Origin: a virus
Taxonomy: Duplodnaviria > Caudoviricetes
Strand: one strand, 5' to 3'
Length of the DNA stretch: 64,000 nucleotides
IMG/VR virus record: IMGVR_UViG_3300024967_000001
Coordinates: 402 to 64,401 of that record
Part shown: positions 17,801-27,285 of the stretch, piece after piece
Position numbering within the stretch: position 1 is the stretch's first letter
How the letters are laid out: each line of letters opens with the position of its first letter
Made by a program: the position numbers and the translations under genes
The notes under the pieces: model-generated
What the model saw: only the letters and a program-made list of their open reading frames with translations
Database searches by the model: none
What the model was told of the DNA's origin: nothing

Positions 17801-20800
17801 GCGGTTTCGATATGCTGCTTGGCTTCTTCCGGTGTCACGGCATTGATGGCATCACTGGCTAAGTCGGCCATTGACTTGCTGTAGCGTATGTCGCTGGATT
17901 CAGGGTTGAATTGGCCGTTGTTGCCGGTGGCTGATTTGATTTGGTTAGGATTGAATACGACTATTTGATGTATGTCATTTCCTAACTCAGATACATCGTT
18001 ATATTCAATACCATCATACTTTTCACTAATATTATTATCATTTAATGCGTCAATAAACACAGAGGATTCTTTGGTATTTTTTATGCTATTTGCCGATATA
18101 AAAACTTCTAATAACTTATTCCCATAAATGTCAGCTAATGACCTGTCGTTAGTAAAAAACAACCTGTTTTCTCTGAACGCGGCTTTAACATCAAACTCCG
18201 TAAATTCCTTGTCTGTTCCATGATAAACCACCATAGGTTCCCCATTAGAATCAACCACCTTGCTCGCATTTTCTGGATCATTCTCCCAATCGCCAAACCA
18301 TGCCTTGAATTCAGGCGTCCTGACTTGTTCGTATTGCTTGGCGTTCAGGTTCGATGGCTTGCCATTGGGCGCGAGTCTTTCCTGATCGGCTTTGCTGTAC
18401 TTCACCCCCGTCTTATCGCCGCCCTTGGCTTCATAGTCATAGGCATTGCCATACCAGCGTTCGGTTTTGGGACGGTTTTTATTCTTGGCGTCTTTGCTCA
18501 GGCCGGTTTTGTCGCCACCCAGGGTTTCGTAATCGTAAGCGTTGCCCTGCCATTTGTCGGCGTTTCTCGGTGCAGGAATATGATTCATTTCCTTGCCATT
18601 GAATAGCACAATCACATCACTGTCTTGAATGTCTGCGGTGGCGCTAGGCGGCGTGGCCTTGCGTTGCTCTGCGGTCAGTTTTTGCCTTGCTTGCGTGTTT
18701 CTGGCTTCGACTTCTCCGGCTAGTCTTTTGTATTGCTCATTAGCGGTTAATGTGTTTTCTCTGGATAAGATGTTGCGCCGCTCTTGCTCAAGATCAATAT
18801 ATTCTTGGTTCTCTGGGAATTCACTTAACTTATCTAGCAAGTCAAAATAACTTTCGGTCTGATCATTTGGCACATCATCCCAATTTAACGCTCTGCCTCT
18901 AGGCGTGTCTTTGCCATAGGTATCCTTTATTTTGATAAAGTCACGATTCTTCTTCCTGACCAGATTACCAAACTCAGGATTAGCGTCCATTAAGCCGAGT
19001 ATCTTTTTATCCAGCGGCCTTCTTAGCTCATCGGTAATGTCTTTGTCTTTAAATTGATTAGAATTCCCTCCTGTAGCAAAGCCCTCTACCGACTGAATAG
19101 CATGTTGTATCTCGTGCAGTAATGTACTTAATGCTTCTTTTGAGGATAGGTTTCCTCTGATCTCAATGCGATAGTCTCCGTCAGAGTTAACCATCCTGCC
19201 TTTTGCCGATTCTCCTTCTGGCATGAATCTCACTTCAATATCTGCCACTTGCGGATAAGCTGAAAACAAAGCCGGATGAAATAGTATGTCACCTATGGAG
19301 ATTGCGCCTGCGCCTTTATTGAGCGCAACAAAGCGTTTCATCACAAGCTCATGGAAGTTTCCAGTTCCTTTGAAGAAAGCATCACTATCATCGATTTCGA
19401 ATCTCCACTTGCCGTCTACGCCTTTAAACCAGCCGGTTTCCTGCCGTACCGTTTCAGGATTATCCCCTGCTTCGATGCGTTGCTGTGCGCTGGATAGCTG
19501 GTAGGTGTCGGCAGTCTTGGCGTTTTGTCCGGCAAAGCTTTTGAGTATGCCGCTGCCCGTACCAGTGCCATTAACCGCTGCGCCGTATTTGCTCAATGCC
19601 GTTAAATCCGCTGGCGTGAGTGACTCGATATAGCCAAGGTCAATTCCGTTTCTCACCAAGAACGCGCGAATCGTTGCCACTAAATCGGCAAAGGTCTTTT
19701 TCAGCAGGCCGGTGAAGGAGTCGGGCTTGGCTTCCCATTGGGATACCATGTAAGCGCGATATTCCGAAGCCTGATCTTTGACCGGCGTTTCTGCGGCCAT
19801 TACGCGCTTGTAGGCTGCGAGTTCGATTGCGCTGCCTATACCTTTATCGGCTCTGTCAAAACTGCGCTGTAGCTGCGCTTCAAAGCGGTCTATGGCGGCT
19901 TTGACTAGAACATCCTTTGATTCAGCGCGGTGCATTAGCTCGTGACTAAGAACGGACGACAGGTTGTTCTTGTTGAGCATATCCGAAACCAAATAAAGCT
20001 GGTCTCGCTTCTCGTCGTATAGGGCCTCTACGCCAGACATGTTGCTAGACTTCTTGATTTCTCCTGAATTAAAGTCTATATTTATTGCTGACGCTAATGG
20101 TGTGGCTTTAGACTTCGTGTCGAGCAAGGCATTATGACCTGCGGCTATGCCATTAGTCGTCTTTCTATTTGAATAAAAAGTGATAATAGACTCTTTATTT
20201 CCTTTTGCCGATACAACAACTTTAAATCTAACCCCACCTGAATTAAGCGTATAAATATGCTTTTGTCCTGCAATATCAAGTTTGCCATCACGAACTACTT
20301 TGCCTAGATCAAGAATCTCATTTGCTGTTATATAGCCTTTTTTACCGCTAAAATGATCGAGTAAGATATGCGTCTTACCAAATCTCTCGTGCCCTTGTGA
20401 TAAATTAACAAATTCCTTTACATGCTCAAGGTCGCTTTTTCTGATCTCTGAGCGAATTTTTGTATCAGTGATAACATCATAAATACCTTTCTGCTCTTTA
20501 GATAGACTTGATGTTGAGCCTATTTCTTTTATAAACCCATCAATTAAAGAAGCTATTTTGGCTTGCGTATATTTTGTTGGCTTAATCCTTGACGCTAACG
20601 CACTCCCACGCTCTTGCAGATGCGCCGGAAGCTCATCAACCGATTGCACGACATTCAAAATCCCCGCATCCACCAGCTTATTCATGCGCTTAGGCAATAG
20701 CTTCTTGATGTCGTCTACGGTGCTGCCGGTGGTGGGCTTGGATTTGCTGAACTTAACCCCCTCCCCCTGCTTCTCACCAGTCACCTTGGCTGGGCTTGGT

Positions 20801-23800
20801 TGGGATGGTTCGGATTTGGCATAAGGCGAATTTTCATCTATGTAATCACTTACGCTTTGCTTTATTTGCGCTTCTGTTGCTCTGCTGCCATCAAGCTTCA
20901 TTGCTTCATTGATAGAAGCTATTACACCATGACCAAAAGCCATATCAAATGGCTCCCAGCCTTTATGCGCTATTCCAAACTTCTCAGCTACTTTTTGTCT
21001 ATTAGGTGATGCCTTTGGCTTGCCTCCGCGACTTCTTGTCAGGTCTTGTAGCTTATCTACACGGGCAATTTCTTTTGCAATGGCGGTTGATATTTCGTCC
21101 TTTTTGTCATGTAGAATTTTCCATTCCTTTTTTTGAACATCACTGAGCATTGCCTTGCTGTTTTGTTCTTGATATTCATTACTGGACATTGTTGAGTTAT
21201 TTCCCTCCCAATAATCCAATATAGACGCATCTGTCTTATCCATTGAGGCGCTGGCTTCGACTTTCTGTTTGCGTGACTCACCACCTTCCCGAATGCCCGA
21301 GTCCTTATAATTCTTTTGGCTGATATTACTTTGTACTTCATTTTTATTGACATCTTTTACTTCCCCACCCGATACATTGGATTCAGCATCGCCGCCTGTT
21401 GCTGGCGTTTCATCTCGGCCTGTATTTGCTCGTCTGTTTGGTAGTACTGTGCTGGCTTTTGGGGCTTGGGTTTGGTCTGTTGTGTCACTGGTTATTCCGT
21501 GTTCTTGGCGTAAAGCCTCATGCGCTTGACGCAATACGCTTTCTGGCTGGCCTTGATTTGTTGAATGCTTGGCGTAAACCTCAAATTGAGCAGATGCCAA
21601 GGCTTTATCTAAATCGCTATCGTAGTTATCGCTAATGTTCTTTAATGCTGCCGTTTTAGTGGCTACAGGTACATCAGGATTCGCCTTTACGTATTCGCGC
21701 TTCTGGTTAGTGATGTACTTAACTTTCGGCGTTGATAGAATTGGGTCTAATTCCCCTTCAACGCTTTCACCCAGTCCTCCGAGTAGTCTGGATGAAGTAT
21801 TTGTACGCTGCATCGCGTTTTGCGATTGTGCAGCCTCGCCATTTGCAGTCTTTGTTTTTTGTTGGGTCTTGTTTTCTTGGACATTTGCTTTAGCCGATGT
21901 TTCCGTCTTGAAGGGTTGGTTTTGGTTGCTGAGTGTGGCTACATTTGCGTTATCCGAATCAGGTTTAAGTTGTCCTTTATTTTGCTGCCCTTTATTGTCC
22001 TGAACTTGTGCCGCTGGTTCTGCGCCGCTCGCCAATGCAGGATTTGGTAGACTATTGGCGGGAATCTGTACTTGCTCGCTCGCATTTTTAGGTATCTGTG
22101 ATTGTGGCGTATCATTTTTTATGTCCTGTGTTATCGGCGTTGCATCTTCATTGGCTGAGTAGCTATAGCCCTCGGCATCGACATAACTGCCGTCATCCTG
22201 CTGCATAACCGGCGTATCGTAGCCATCGTTTAATTGATGAGTAAAGGCGGTTCCTGCCTCGCCTGTAGCTGACACTCCATCAGCATTATCGTATTCTGTT
22301 GCGCCTCGATAATCTGCTGGGCGAATAGCATCGCTTGCTGCCAGTCCTGTTGCGTTGGGTTGTCCTGTGTCGGGTATATCGGTTGTAACATGGTCGTTCG
22401 TGTTCGGTTGAGTGGTCTTGGTTGAGGATGGGGTTTGATGCTTTAACGCTTCGTTATACGTCGAATTGCCATGCAGTATTTGCGACACAATGGCAGCATG
22501 TATCGATTCATCATGAGTCACGCCTTTTCCGGCTTCGGCTTTGCGCTTTTCGGTCAGGCGTTGGTTGAACAGTTCGCGTGGGGTTAATTCGACTTCGCTT
22601 GCGGCGGCTCCTGGTCCAGCATCTCCGCTAACGCGTCCGCTTCCTTCTCGGCCTCCTCCCACTCCCGTCTCAGATCGATTGCCTTCTTCTTGGCCTGTAG
22701 GTATCGTGTTGCCAGTTGCGTTGATGAGGCCATCTAAGCCACCTTCGCCAGTAGCTTGTTGATAAGACTGTCCAGGTGCGCTGAGCGATTCATCTGCATT
22801 ATCTGTATATCCAGATTCTGTCTGTTTAACATCATTCGCTCCGCGTCCCGCTTCGTTAGTCCTAATCTCTCTTTCGCGGATTGAAACATCATTTTCTCCT
22901 ATGTCATCGGTTGTTGGTGTTTGAATAACAGGGGCTTTCGCGGCGGCTTTGGATAATGGGCCAGATACCGCATTGACACCACCACCCATTAAGCTTCCCG
23001 CTAATGAGCCTTCGACAAAGTTTCTGCCCATGCCTTGCGTCACCGGCTTATCTTCGGCTAAGTTTTGCAGACCTGTTTCAGCTATCGACTGCAAGCCTTC
23101 CTCAATCGGGCCTTCTTGTATCGCGCCGCCGATAACACGTCTAGCCAGCGATTGATTCACATCGCCCATGCCAGCGCTGACCCCGCCTGCCGCTATCGTA
23201 TCAATATCAGCCAAGCCGAACTTATTGGCAAGGCGATTGCTTTGATTGCCGATTAATGCGCCCGAAAAGCCTGTGCCTGCCGCTGCTAATGCCGCTATCT
23301 GTGGGTCAACGCTCTCGTCAATGTTCGCCATTGACTGGCCGGCCATGATCGCACCTTCACCGACATTACCGGCTAAGGCGGCACGTTTGGCTACTTCCGC
23401 CGCCGTTCCGGTTTTCGCTAAGGCATTAAGGCCCGTTGCAGTCCGTCCTAATGCGCCACCCGCATACATAGAGGGCAATGACTCGACAACGGTTCCCATG
23501 ATAGCGCGTGGATTCGTAGCGTACGCCTTTGCAACATCCAGGGCATTCGTGTTGGGATCATCCCACACCTGATTGACATTCTGCCGCGCTTGCTGCATTG
23601 CCGGTGAATAAGCGTTATCTGCATCTTTAGCCCATTGGCTAGGCTTGAATCCAGTGGCGTTACCAATCGCATCGGTCGCCCTATCGAATGGCCGGTTAAT
23701 CCCCAATAAGCTAGGCTGAATATCGGCCAGTCCTGTGATTGCGCCGGGGATCTGCATCACGCCCTTGCCAAGGCCGACTAAGGTATCGTTGATAATCCCC

Positions 23801-23910
23801 TTGTTGCCTTGGCCGGATTGCCCTGAAATAGGCTTAATGTCAGACAAATCAATAGCGGCACTTTTATTGATCGGCTGAATATCCGATAAATCCATAAAAT
23901 CATCTGACAT
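14803..23910 (-). CDS. Giant polyvalent internal virion (ejection) protein with LPD23, ART-PolyVal-like and PLxRFG domains
   Basis: TGWFKGVDGKWRFEIDD and LAGEVEARN (LPD23); FKAWFGDW...GEPMVVYHGT...QIKSATGN (ART-PolyVal); YFPLARFG; two HExxH motifs; last gene of the virion operon. Confidence 0.85.
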   Translation of the reverse strand: MSDDFMDLSDIQPINKSAAIDLSDIKPISGQSGQGNKGIINDTLVGLGKGVMQIPGAITGLADIQPSLLGINRPFDRATDAIGNATGFKPSQWAKDADNAYSPAMQQARQNVNQVWDDPNTNALDVAKAYATNPRAIMGTVVESLPSMYAGGALGRTATGLNALAKTGTAAEVAKRAALAGNVGEGAIMAGQSMANIDESVDPQIAALAAAGTGFSGALIGNQSNRLANKFGLADIDTIAAGGVSAGMGDVNQSLARRVIGGAIQEGPIEEGLQSIAETGLQNLAEDKPVTQGMGRNFVEGSLAGSLMGGGVNAVSGPLSKAAAKAPVIQTPTTDDIGENDVSIREREIRTNEAGRGANDVKQTESGYTDNADESLSAPGQSYQQATGEGGLDGLINATGNTIPTGQEEGNRSETGVGGGREGSGRVSGDAGPGAAASEVELTPRELFNQRLTEKRKAEAGKGVTHDESIHAAIVSQILHGNSTYNEALKHQTPSSTKTTQPNTNDHVTTDIPDTGQPNATGLAASDAIRPADYRGATEYDNADGVSATGEAGTAFTHQLNDGYDTPVMQQDDGSYVDAEGYSYSANEDATPITQDIKNDTPQSQIPKNASEQVQIPANSLPNPALASGAEPAAQVQDNKGQQNKGQLKPDSDNANVATLSNQNQPFKTETSAKANVQENKTQQKTKTANGEAAQSQNAMQRTNTSSRLLGGLGESVEGELDPILSTPKVKYITNQKREYVKANPDVPVATKTAALKNISDNYDSDLDKALASAQFEVYAKHSTNQGQPESVLRQAHEALRQEHGITSDTTDQTQAPKASTVLPNRRANTGRDETPATGGDAESNVSGGEVKDVNKNEVQSNISQKNYKDSGIREGGESRKQKVEASASMDKTDASILDYWEGNNSTMSSNEYQEQNSKAMLSDVQKKEWKILHDKKDEISTAIAKEIARVDKLQDLTRSRGGKPKASPNRQKVAEKFGIAHKGWEPFDMAFGHGVIASINEAMKLDGSRATEAQIKQSVSDYIDENSPYAKSEPSQPSPAKVTGEKQGEGVKFSKSKPTTGSTVDDIKKLLPKRMNKLVDAGILNVVQSVDELPAHLQERGSALASRIKPTKYTQAKIASLIDGFIKEIGSTSSLSKEQKGIYDVITDTKIRSEIRKSDLEHVKEFVNLSQGHERFGKTHILLDHFSGKKGYITANEILDLGKVVRDGKLDIAGQKHIYTLNSGGVRFKVVVSAKGNKESIITFYSNRKTTNGIAAGHNALLDTKSKATPLASAINIDFNSGEIKKSSNMSGVEALYDEKRDQLYLVSDMLNKNNLSSVLSHELMHRAESKDVLVKAAIDRFEAQLQRSFDRADKGIGSAIELAAYKRVMAAETPVKDQASEYRAYMVSQWEAKPDSFTGLLKKTFADLVATIRAFLVRNGIDLGYIESLTPADLTALSKYGAAVNGTGTGSGILKSFAGQNAKTADTYQLSSAQQRIEAGDNPETVRQETGWFKGVDGKWRFEIDDSDAFFKGTGNFHELVMKRFVALNKGAGAISIGDILFHPALFSAYPQVADIEVRFMPEGESAKGRMVNSDGDYRIEIRGNLSSKEALSTLLHEIQHAIQSVEGFATGGNSNQFKDKDITDELRRPLDKKILGLMDANPEFGNLVRKKNRDFIKIKDTYGKDTPRGRALNWDDVPNDQTESYFDLLDKLSEFPENQEYIDLEQERRNILSRENTLTANEQYKRLAGEVEARNTQARQKLTAEQRKATPPSATADIQDSDVIVLFNGKEMNHIPAPRNADKWQGNAYDYETLGGDKTGLSKDAKNKNRPKTERWYGNAYDYEAKGGDKTGVKYSKADQERLAPNGKPSNLNAKQYEQVRTPEFKAWFGDWENDPENASKVVDSNGEPMVVYHGTDKEFTEFDVKAAFRENRLFFTNDRSLADIYGNKLLEVFISANSIKNTKESSVFIDALNDNNISEKYDGIEYNDVSELGNDIHQIVVFNPNQIKSATGNNGQFNPESSDIRYSKSMADLASDAINAVTPEEAKQHIETAFSRTASGAKAQSFGLLTLRQIADVTSKALPNIQKVFIKNIHAMDTEKNKRLSAAGEIATEWAKLPEAISNEMSDLMHDSTIAGVDGSKSYVPVIDIPTALAKIQILNKRMIGMPGEPKEKMMQERKELYMMIGFEKKRKLAYPEIKDRFNALAKKSPEAVKIYNDSRDHHEQHFNDTLEALKERIGESKASPEVKKNLIAQLRLKFESLQAQAPYFPLARFGDYWVHSQEGDETRFNMFESEKEQEDFIKQIGKEGVTVLGHGKQLENLSEIDGVSAEFITEVDSLISSLGDTPMVNDLRDSVYQLYLNSLPDVSARKHFIHRKKTKGFHQDQLRAFAKKALHDANSLAKLKYGYKLQATLDESKEAIDIASSTVKRDKTTLLLAWIDEYLNADLSLADISNRIGKTTDEDELAMLIQFKKWKNGYSKAALDDLYRHTENVLALSENIQRDDRTFAVNALDELRKSYKDIMNPKTNPLAQRLNSIGFAWYLGLTPAASLINITQTPVIALPILASKVGWGNASKAMLDVSKLFFKNAKLGKNGKLPWVEGLSIKDKLQGNELKAYDSWVESGLLDVTLAHDLAGLSDEGILTNTGKHKLMNVLSFGFHHAERMNREITALAAYRSAIGKGMSHNESVEFASKLVLDSHFDYTSSNRARFMRGNVARVVTQFKQYSQNLTYLYARTIQQAYGNSSPEEKAEAKKALKGLLIMQSSIAGTLGLPMVGVMTGMAQALSDAFGDDDEPEDIEGSYRQILADLVAEITGSTEAGNKFSLIMSKGLIDGLTPFSVSGRLSASDLWVRSSDQELEGTDRAWDWAKTLLGPMAGLLLENPAVAMGMMADGHYERGIEHMMPKAVKDAMKAMRFSTEGVENLRGDSIKDDYSIIEGVGQILGFSSSEISDIYDQNNAIKRIQTKMSDRRQLLLNEAAQAKMEGDSEGYQSAMEDIKAFNDKNPNHKITGTNILQSIQGRKRRSKDTENGLYVSKRNRDIAEKYQFAK

Positions 23911-23918
23911 GGTAATCC

Positions 23919-26045
23919 TTATTGCTTGTTTTGTTTGGCTGAGGCGAGTGCGTTCTTGCCTTCCGGTGTTGCCAGCCAGGCTTTTATTCTGGCTCTGGCT
24001 GATTCATCAAATTGGTCTGGGTTGCTATCAAATTGAAGCGCTAAGTCGGTATTGGTAGAGACACGTTTTGCCTGTTGAACGGCTTCTTCATCAGTGAACC
24101 GGCCGGTTTTCTTATTCAAGACTCGCGCTGTCTCTCCGGTCACAGTTCCCATTGGGTCATATTGTTTCTCATTGATAGCTGCAAAGTTGTCTTGATTGAG
24201 TTTGTCATACGCCAGTTTATTTGCTGCCGCTGCCGTACCAGTTGCTGCGTCACGATCCAGCGCATCTTTACGGATGTTTTCGTTCAGCGTATCTCTGGCT
24301 AACTGATTCTCAGCGGCATAATTGTTTTGCGCCGGTAATTGAGCATTACCACGCTGATCGCCATAATCACGAGCTTGCTGCAATAATGGGGCGTTTCTAG
24401 CCGCCTCGTTGACTCCGCTATTTACTGAATCCCAATATGCTTTTGATTCAGCCGGACTTGCCGCCAGAAACGCCCCGCCATTATCATTGCTTTGCGCGTA
24501 TGCGCCTAAGCCCGGCGCTTTCGTCGCAACCGGCTGACTATTACCGTTCAATGCCTCGGCACTGGGGTTAGCCCCTAAATTAACACCACCAGGCCCGTAG
24601 ATATTGGTATCGCGGGTATGGTCCACAGGCTGGTCGTTATAGTAAGGCGCACCGTTGTTGTAGCCCTGCAAGTTACGAACCCCGAGTGGTGGCGGCGTCT
24701 CTTTGCCTGTTCCGGCGGTGCTTGCTGGTGGCGTTATTGTACCAGATTTCGTTAAGGCTTGCGGCTGATTTACTGTAGCGTTATGCGTCATATCGTATAC
24801 TTTGCCGCCGATGTAGCTACCTAAGCCAGCCAAACTGTTATCTTGACTACCCTGATTGTCAACAGGCTTCGGCTCAATTCGCATGGCGTTAGGGTTGACC
24901 TTGCTTGCATTACTAACGGCGGCTAACGGGGATAGTGCGGCATTGCCAACGCCTTTAATCTTATTGGCAAGGTCTTTGATTACGGGAATGCCATTATCAA
25001 CATATTGAGGTTCAACTAATCCACCCCCTGCATAGCCTTTCACCGCAGGAAACATAGCTTGCATTTTGGATTTCAGTTCGGGATGCTGGTATTCGTAATT
25101 GTTCACCAAGTCATGCGCGGCATTGCCAACTGTACCGGCATCAACGGCATTCGCGGCTAATGGTCTTGGCATTGCGCCTAAGCCTTTCATCATAGGCTGA
25201 GCGTTGGGCATTGATACCGATGAATCCGGCAGGTTTCGGCCAAAGCCTGGGCGCATTGCGTTAGCTGGATTAGGTTCTGCGAATACCCGATCACGTAAAC
25301 TCTGGCCAGTTGGTGCTGATTCCGCTACCGGATTCGGCGGCATGCCTAAGCGTCCACGCAAATCAGGGGCTTGCGGATTACCCGCTACGTTGCCGGTTAA
25401 TGCACGATCCCGCAAACTCGGCATGGGCGCTGCTTCGGGTCTTGGTGGTAATCCCACTCTGCCACGTAAATCCGTCGCTCCGGGATTGCCGGGGACATTG
25501 CCGCTTAATGCTCGTTCGCGCAAGCTAGGTTCTTCGTCGGTGACAAAACCGCCGTCCCGATAGCCTTTTACACCTAACCCCGCCTCACCTTCGGCTTGTT
25601 CGTTATCCGGCCTAGCCTCGGCGCTTTCATTGTCAATTAGCTTGCTTACAAAGTCCTTGCCCCAATATGCGACCGCTTCTTTCGACAAGTGGAATTCGCC
25701 GTTAGAGACGTTGGCATCGACTTGTGGCTGTGCGTCTTGCGCTTTCGGTGCGGCGGCTTCCAACTTATTCAGGAAGTCGATACCTAACGCATCTACCTTG
25801 TCTTTCGGGATGATCGCGCTATCAACAGGCAATTTAGCCGGAATGCTGTCACTGGTGCCGGTGCCGGGGCCTTTGATAATGCCGCCTTCCGCATAGTGTT
25901 GTCGTCCGGGCTTCTTTGGCTGGCTCGGCAAACCTAACTGCGGCACAAAGGTTTCAAAGCTATTGATCCCTTTCGCCAGTCCCAAGGTTTGCTCGTTGAG
26001 CTGTTGCGCCAGATTGTGTTGTTGTAGTTTTTGACCTAATGACAT
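23919..26045 (-). CDS. Internal virion/ejection protein
   Basis: GGIIKGPGTGTSDSIPA...SNGEF motif, internal repeats, position. Confidence 0.7.
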   Translation of the reverse strand: MSLGQKLQQHNLAQQLNEQTLGLAKGINSFETFVPQLGLPSQPKKPGRQHYAEGGIIKGPGTGTSDSIPAKLPVDSAIIPKDKVDALGIDFLNKLEAAAPKAQDAQPQVDANVSNGEFHLSKEAVAYWGKDFVSKLIDNESAEARPDNEQAEGEAGLGVKGYRDGGFVTDEEPSLRERALSGNVPGNPGATDLRGRVGLPPRPEAAPMPSLRDRALTGNVAGNPQAPDLRGRLGMPPNPVAESAPTGQSLRDRVFAEPNPANAMRPGFGRNLPDSSVSMPNAQPMMKGLGAMPRPLAANAVDAGTVGNAAHDLVNNYEYQHPELKSKMQAMFPAVKGYAGGGLVEPQYVDNGIPVIKDLANKIKGVGNAALSPLAAVSNASKVNPNAMRIEPKPVDNQGSQDNSLAGLGSYIGGKVYDMTHNATVNQPQALTKSGTITPPASTAGTGKETPPPLGVRNLQGYNNGAPYYNDQPVDHTRDTNIYGPGGVNLGANPSAEALNGNSQPVATKAPGLGAYAQSNDNGGAFLAASPAESKAYWDSVNSGVNEAARNAPLLQQARDYGDQRGNAQLPAQNNYAAENQLARDTLNENIRKDALDRDAATGTAAAANKLAYDKLNQDNFAAINEKQYDPMGTVTGETARVLNKKTGRFTDEEAVQQAKRVSTNTDLALQFDSNPDQFDESARARIKAWLATPEGKNALASAKQNKQ

Positions 26046-26055
26046 AGGGAAGTCC

Positions 26056-27240
26056 TTATACGGAAATAATGGTAGGCGTTGCGTTGAGGTACGACGACGA
26101 GCCGGAAATGTGCGCCCCGACACTGACGCCGGAAGTAATACCGGCTGCGACTTGCGCGAGTAGCTGCGCTTCGGCTTTCTGGCCTTCAATCAGCAATTCT
26201 TTTTGGGCAATTAAGGTGGCAATGTTGGCCTTGGCGACTTCAATCGTTAAATCGGCCTGTTTCGCGGAGTAATCAATCTCGGCTTTTTGCACCGCTATCT
26301 GCGCATCAATGCGCTTGCCTTCCGCTTCAATCAATGTTTGGTAGACATTAGCATCGGCTTGATACAGCTTGATCTTGCCTTCTGCATAGGCGACACCGGC
26401 ATCCACTAGATTCTTGAACACATCGACATTCAGGCGGTTGACTTCGGCCAATAGTTCTACCCGTTTAACTTCGGCTTCGACAGCAAGTTGCAGGAAGGCA
26501 TTGTGGGCGTTGTTTAGCGCAATTTCCAAGGTCGCCGCTTGCTGGATGGCGAACTGCAAATTCTTCTGTTCCAAATCGGCCTGAGCCACGGCGATATTGC
26601 GCGATTCGGTAATGTCGGCTTCGGCTAGTTGTTCATTGGCTTGATAGATTGCCTCGACCTGATCACCTTGCGGCAAGTTCCAGCCTGCTCGGGCAAAGCT
26701 GCGGTTAATGGCGTCAATCGTGCCTTGCGCTGCGGCTCGGGTGCGCTCTCTACCTCTGTCCCATATCTGCTGTTCGATAACAGGATTCAGTCCGGTCTGC
26801 CGGAAATTGTTAATCAGCCCATCCAGAATCCTGACCAGATCATCGAGCAAACTTGACGAGTATTCCGATTGGGTCGGGAAGTTTGGCGTAATCTCGGTAA
26901 TGACCGGCAAGGCTGGACGATTGAAATCAATATCGGTCGGCTTAACCGGCGCATCGCCACTGATAATGAAATCTTCGACTTGCGGCAAGTCCGACAAGGG
27001 CGGTAATTCGGCATCGGTAATCTGCGGAATGTTCGCCAGTTTCGCCAGTTCGTTGTTCAACGCTTCGAGCTTGATCGGCAACTCATCAAGCAACTGGTTG
27101 CGGTGCGCTATCGCCTCATCGACGGTATTTTCAGTAAAGGTCTTGATTCCAGAACTGTCGGGGTACCAATAGGAATCTTCCAGCCCTAACCCGGGTTCGG
27201 GGAAATCGGACTTAATGGGGGGTACTTGTACGATACTCAT
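26056..27240 (-). CDS. Virion structural protein (helical)
   Basis: EQQIWDRGRER...FARAGW.LP; Ala/Gln-rich coiled coil. Confidence 0.7.
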   Translation of the reverse strand: MSIVQVPPIKSDFPEPGLGLEDSYWYPDSSGIKTFTENTVDEAIAHRNQLLDELPIKLEALNNELAKLANIPQITDAELPPLSDLPQVEDFIISGDAPVKPTDIDFNRPALPVITEITPNFPTQSEYSSSLLDDLVRILDGLINNFRQTGLNPVIEQQIWDRGRERTRAAAQGTIDAINRSFARAGWNLPQGDQVEAIYQANEQLAEADITESRNIAVAQADLEQKNLQFAIQQAATLEIALNNAHNAFLQLAVEAEVKRVELLAEVNRLNVDVFKNLVDAGVAYAEGKIKLYQADANVYQTLIEAEGKRIDAQIAVQKAEIDYSAKQADLTIEVAKANIATLIAQKELLIEGQKAEAQLLAQVAAGITSGVSVGAHISGSSSYLNATPTIISV

Positions 27241-27285
27241 GCGGTGTCCTTTAAAGATAATGGCGCTTCACAGCGCGGGTAATGC

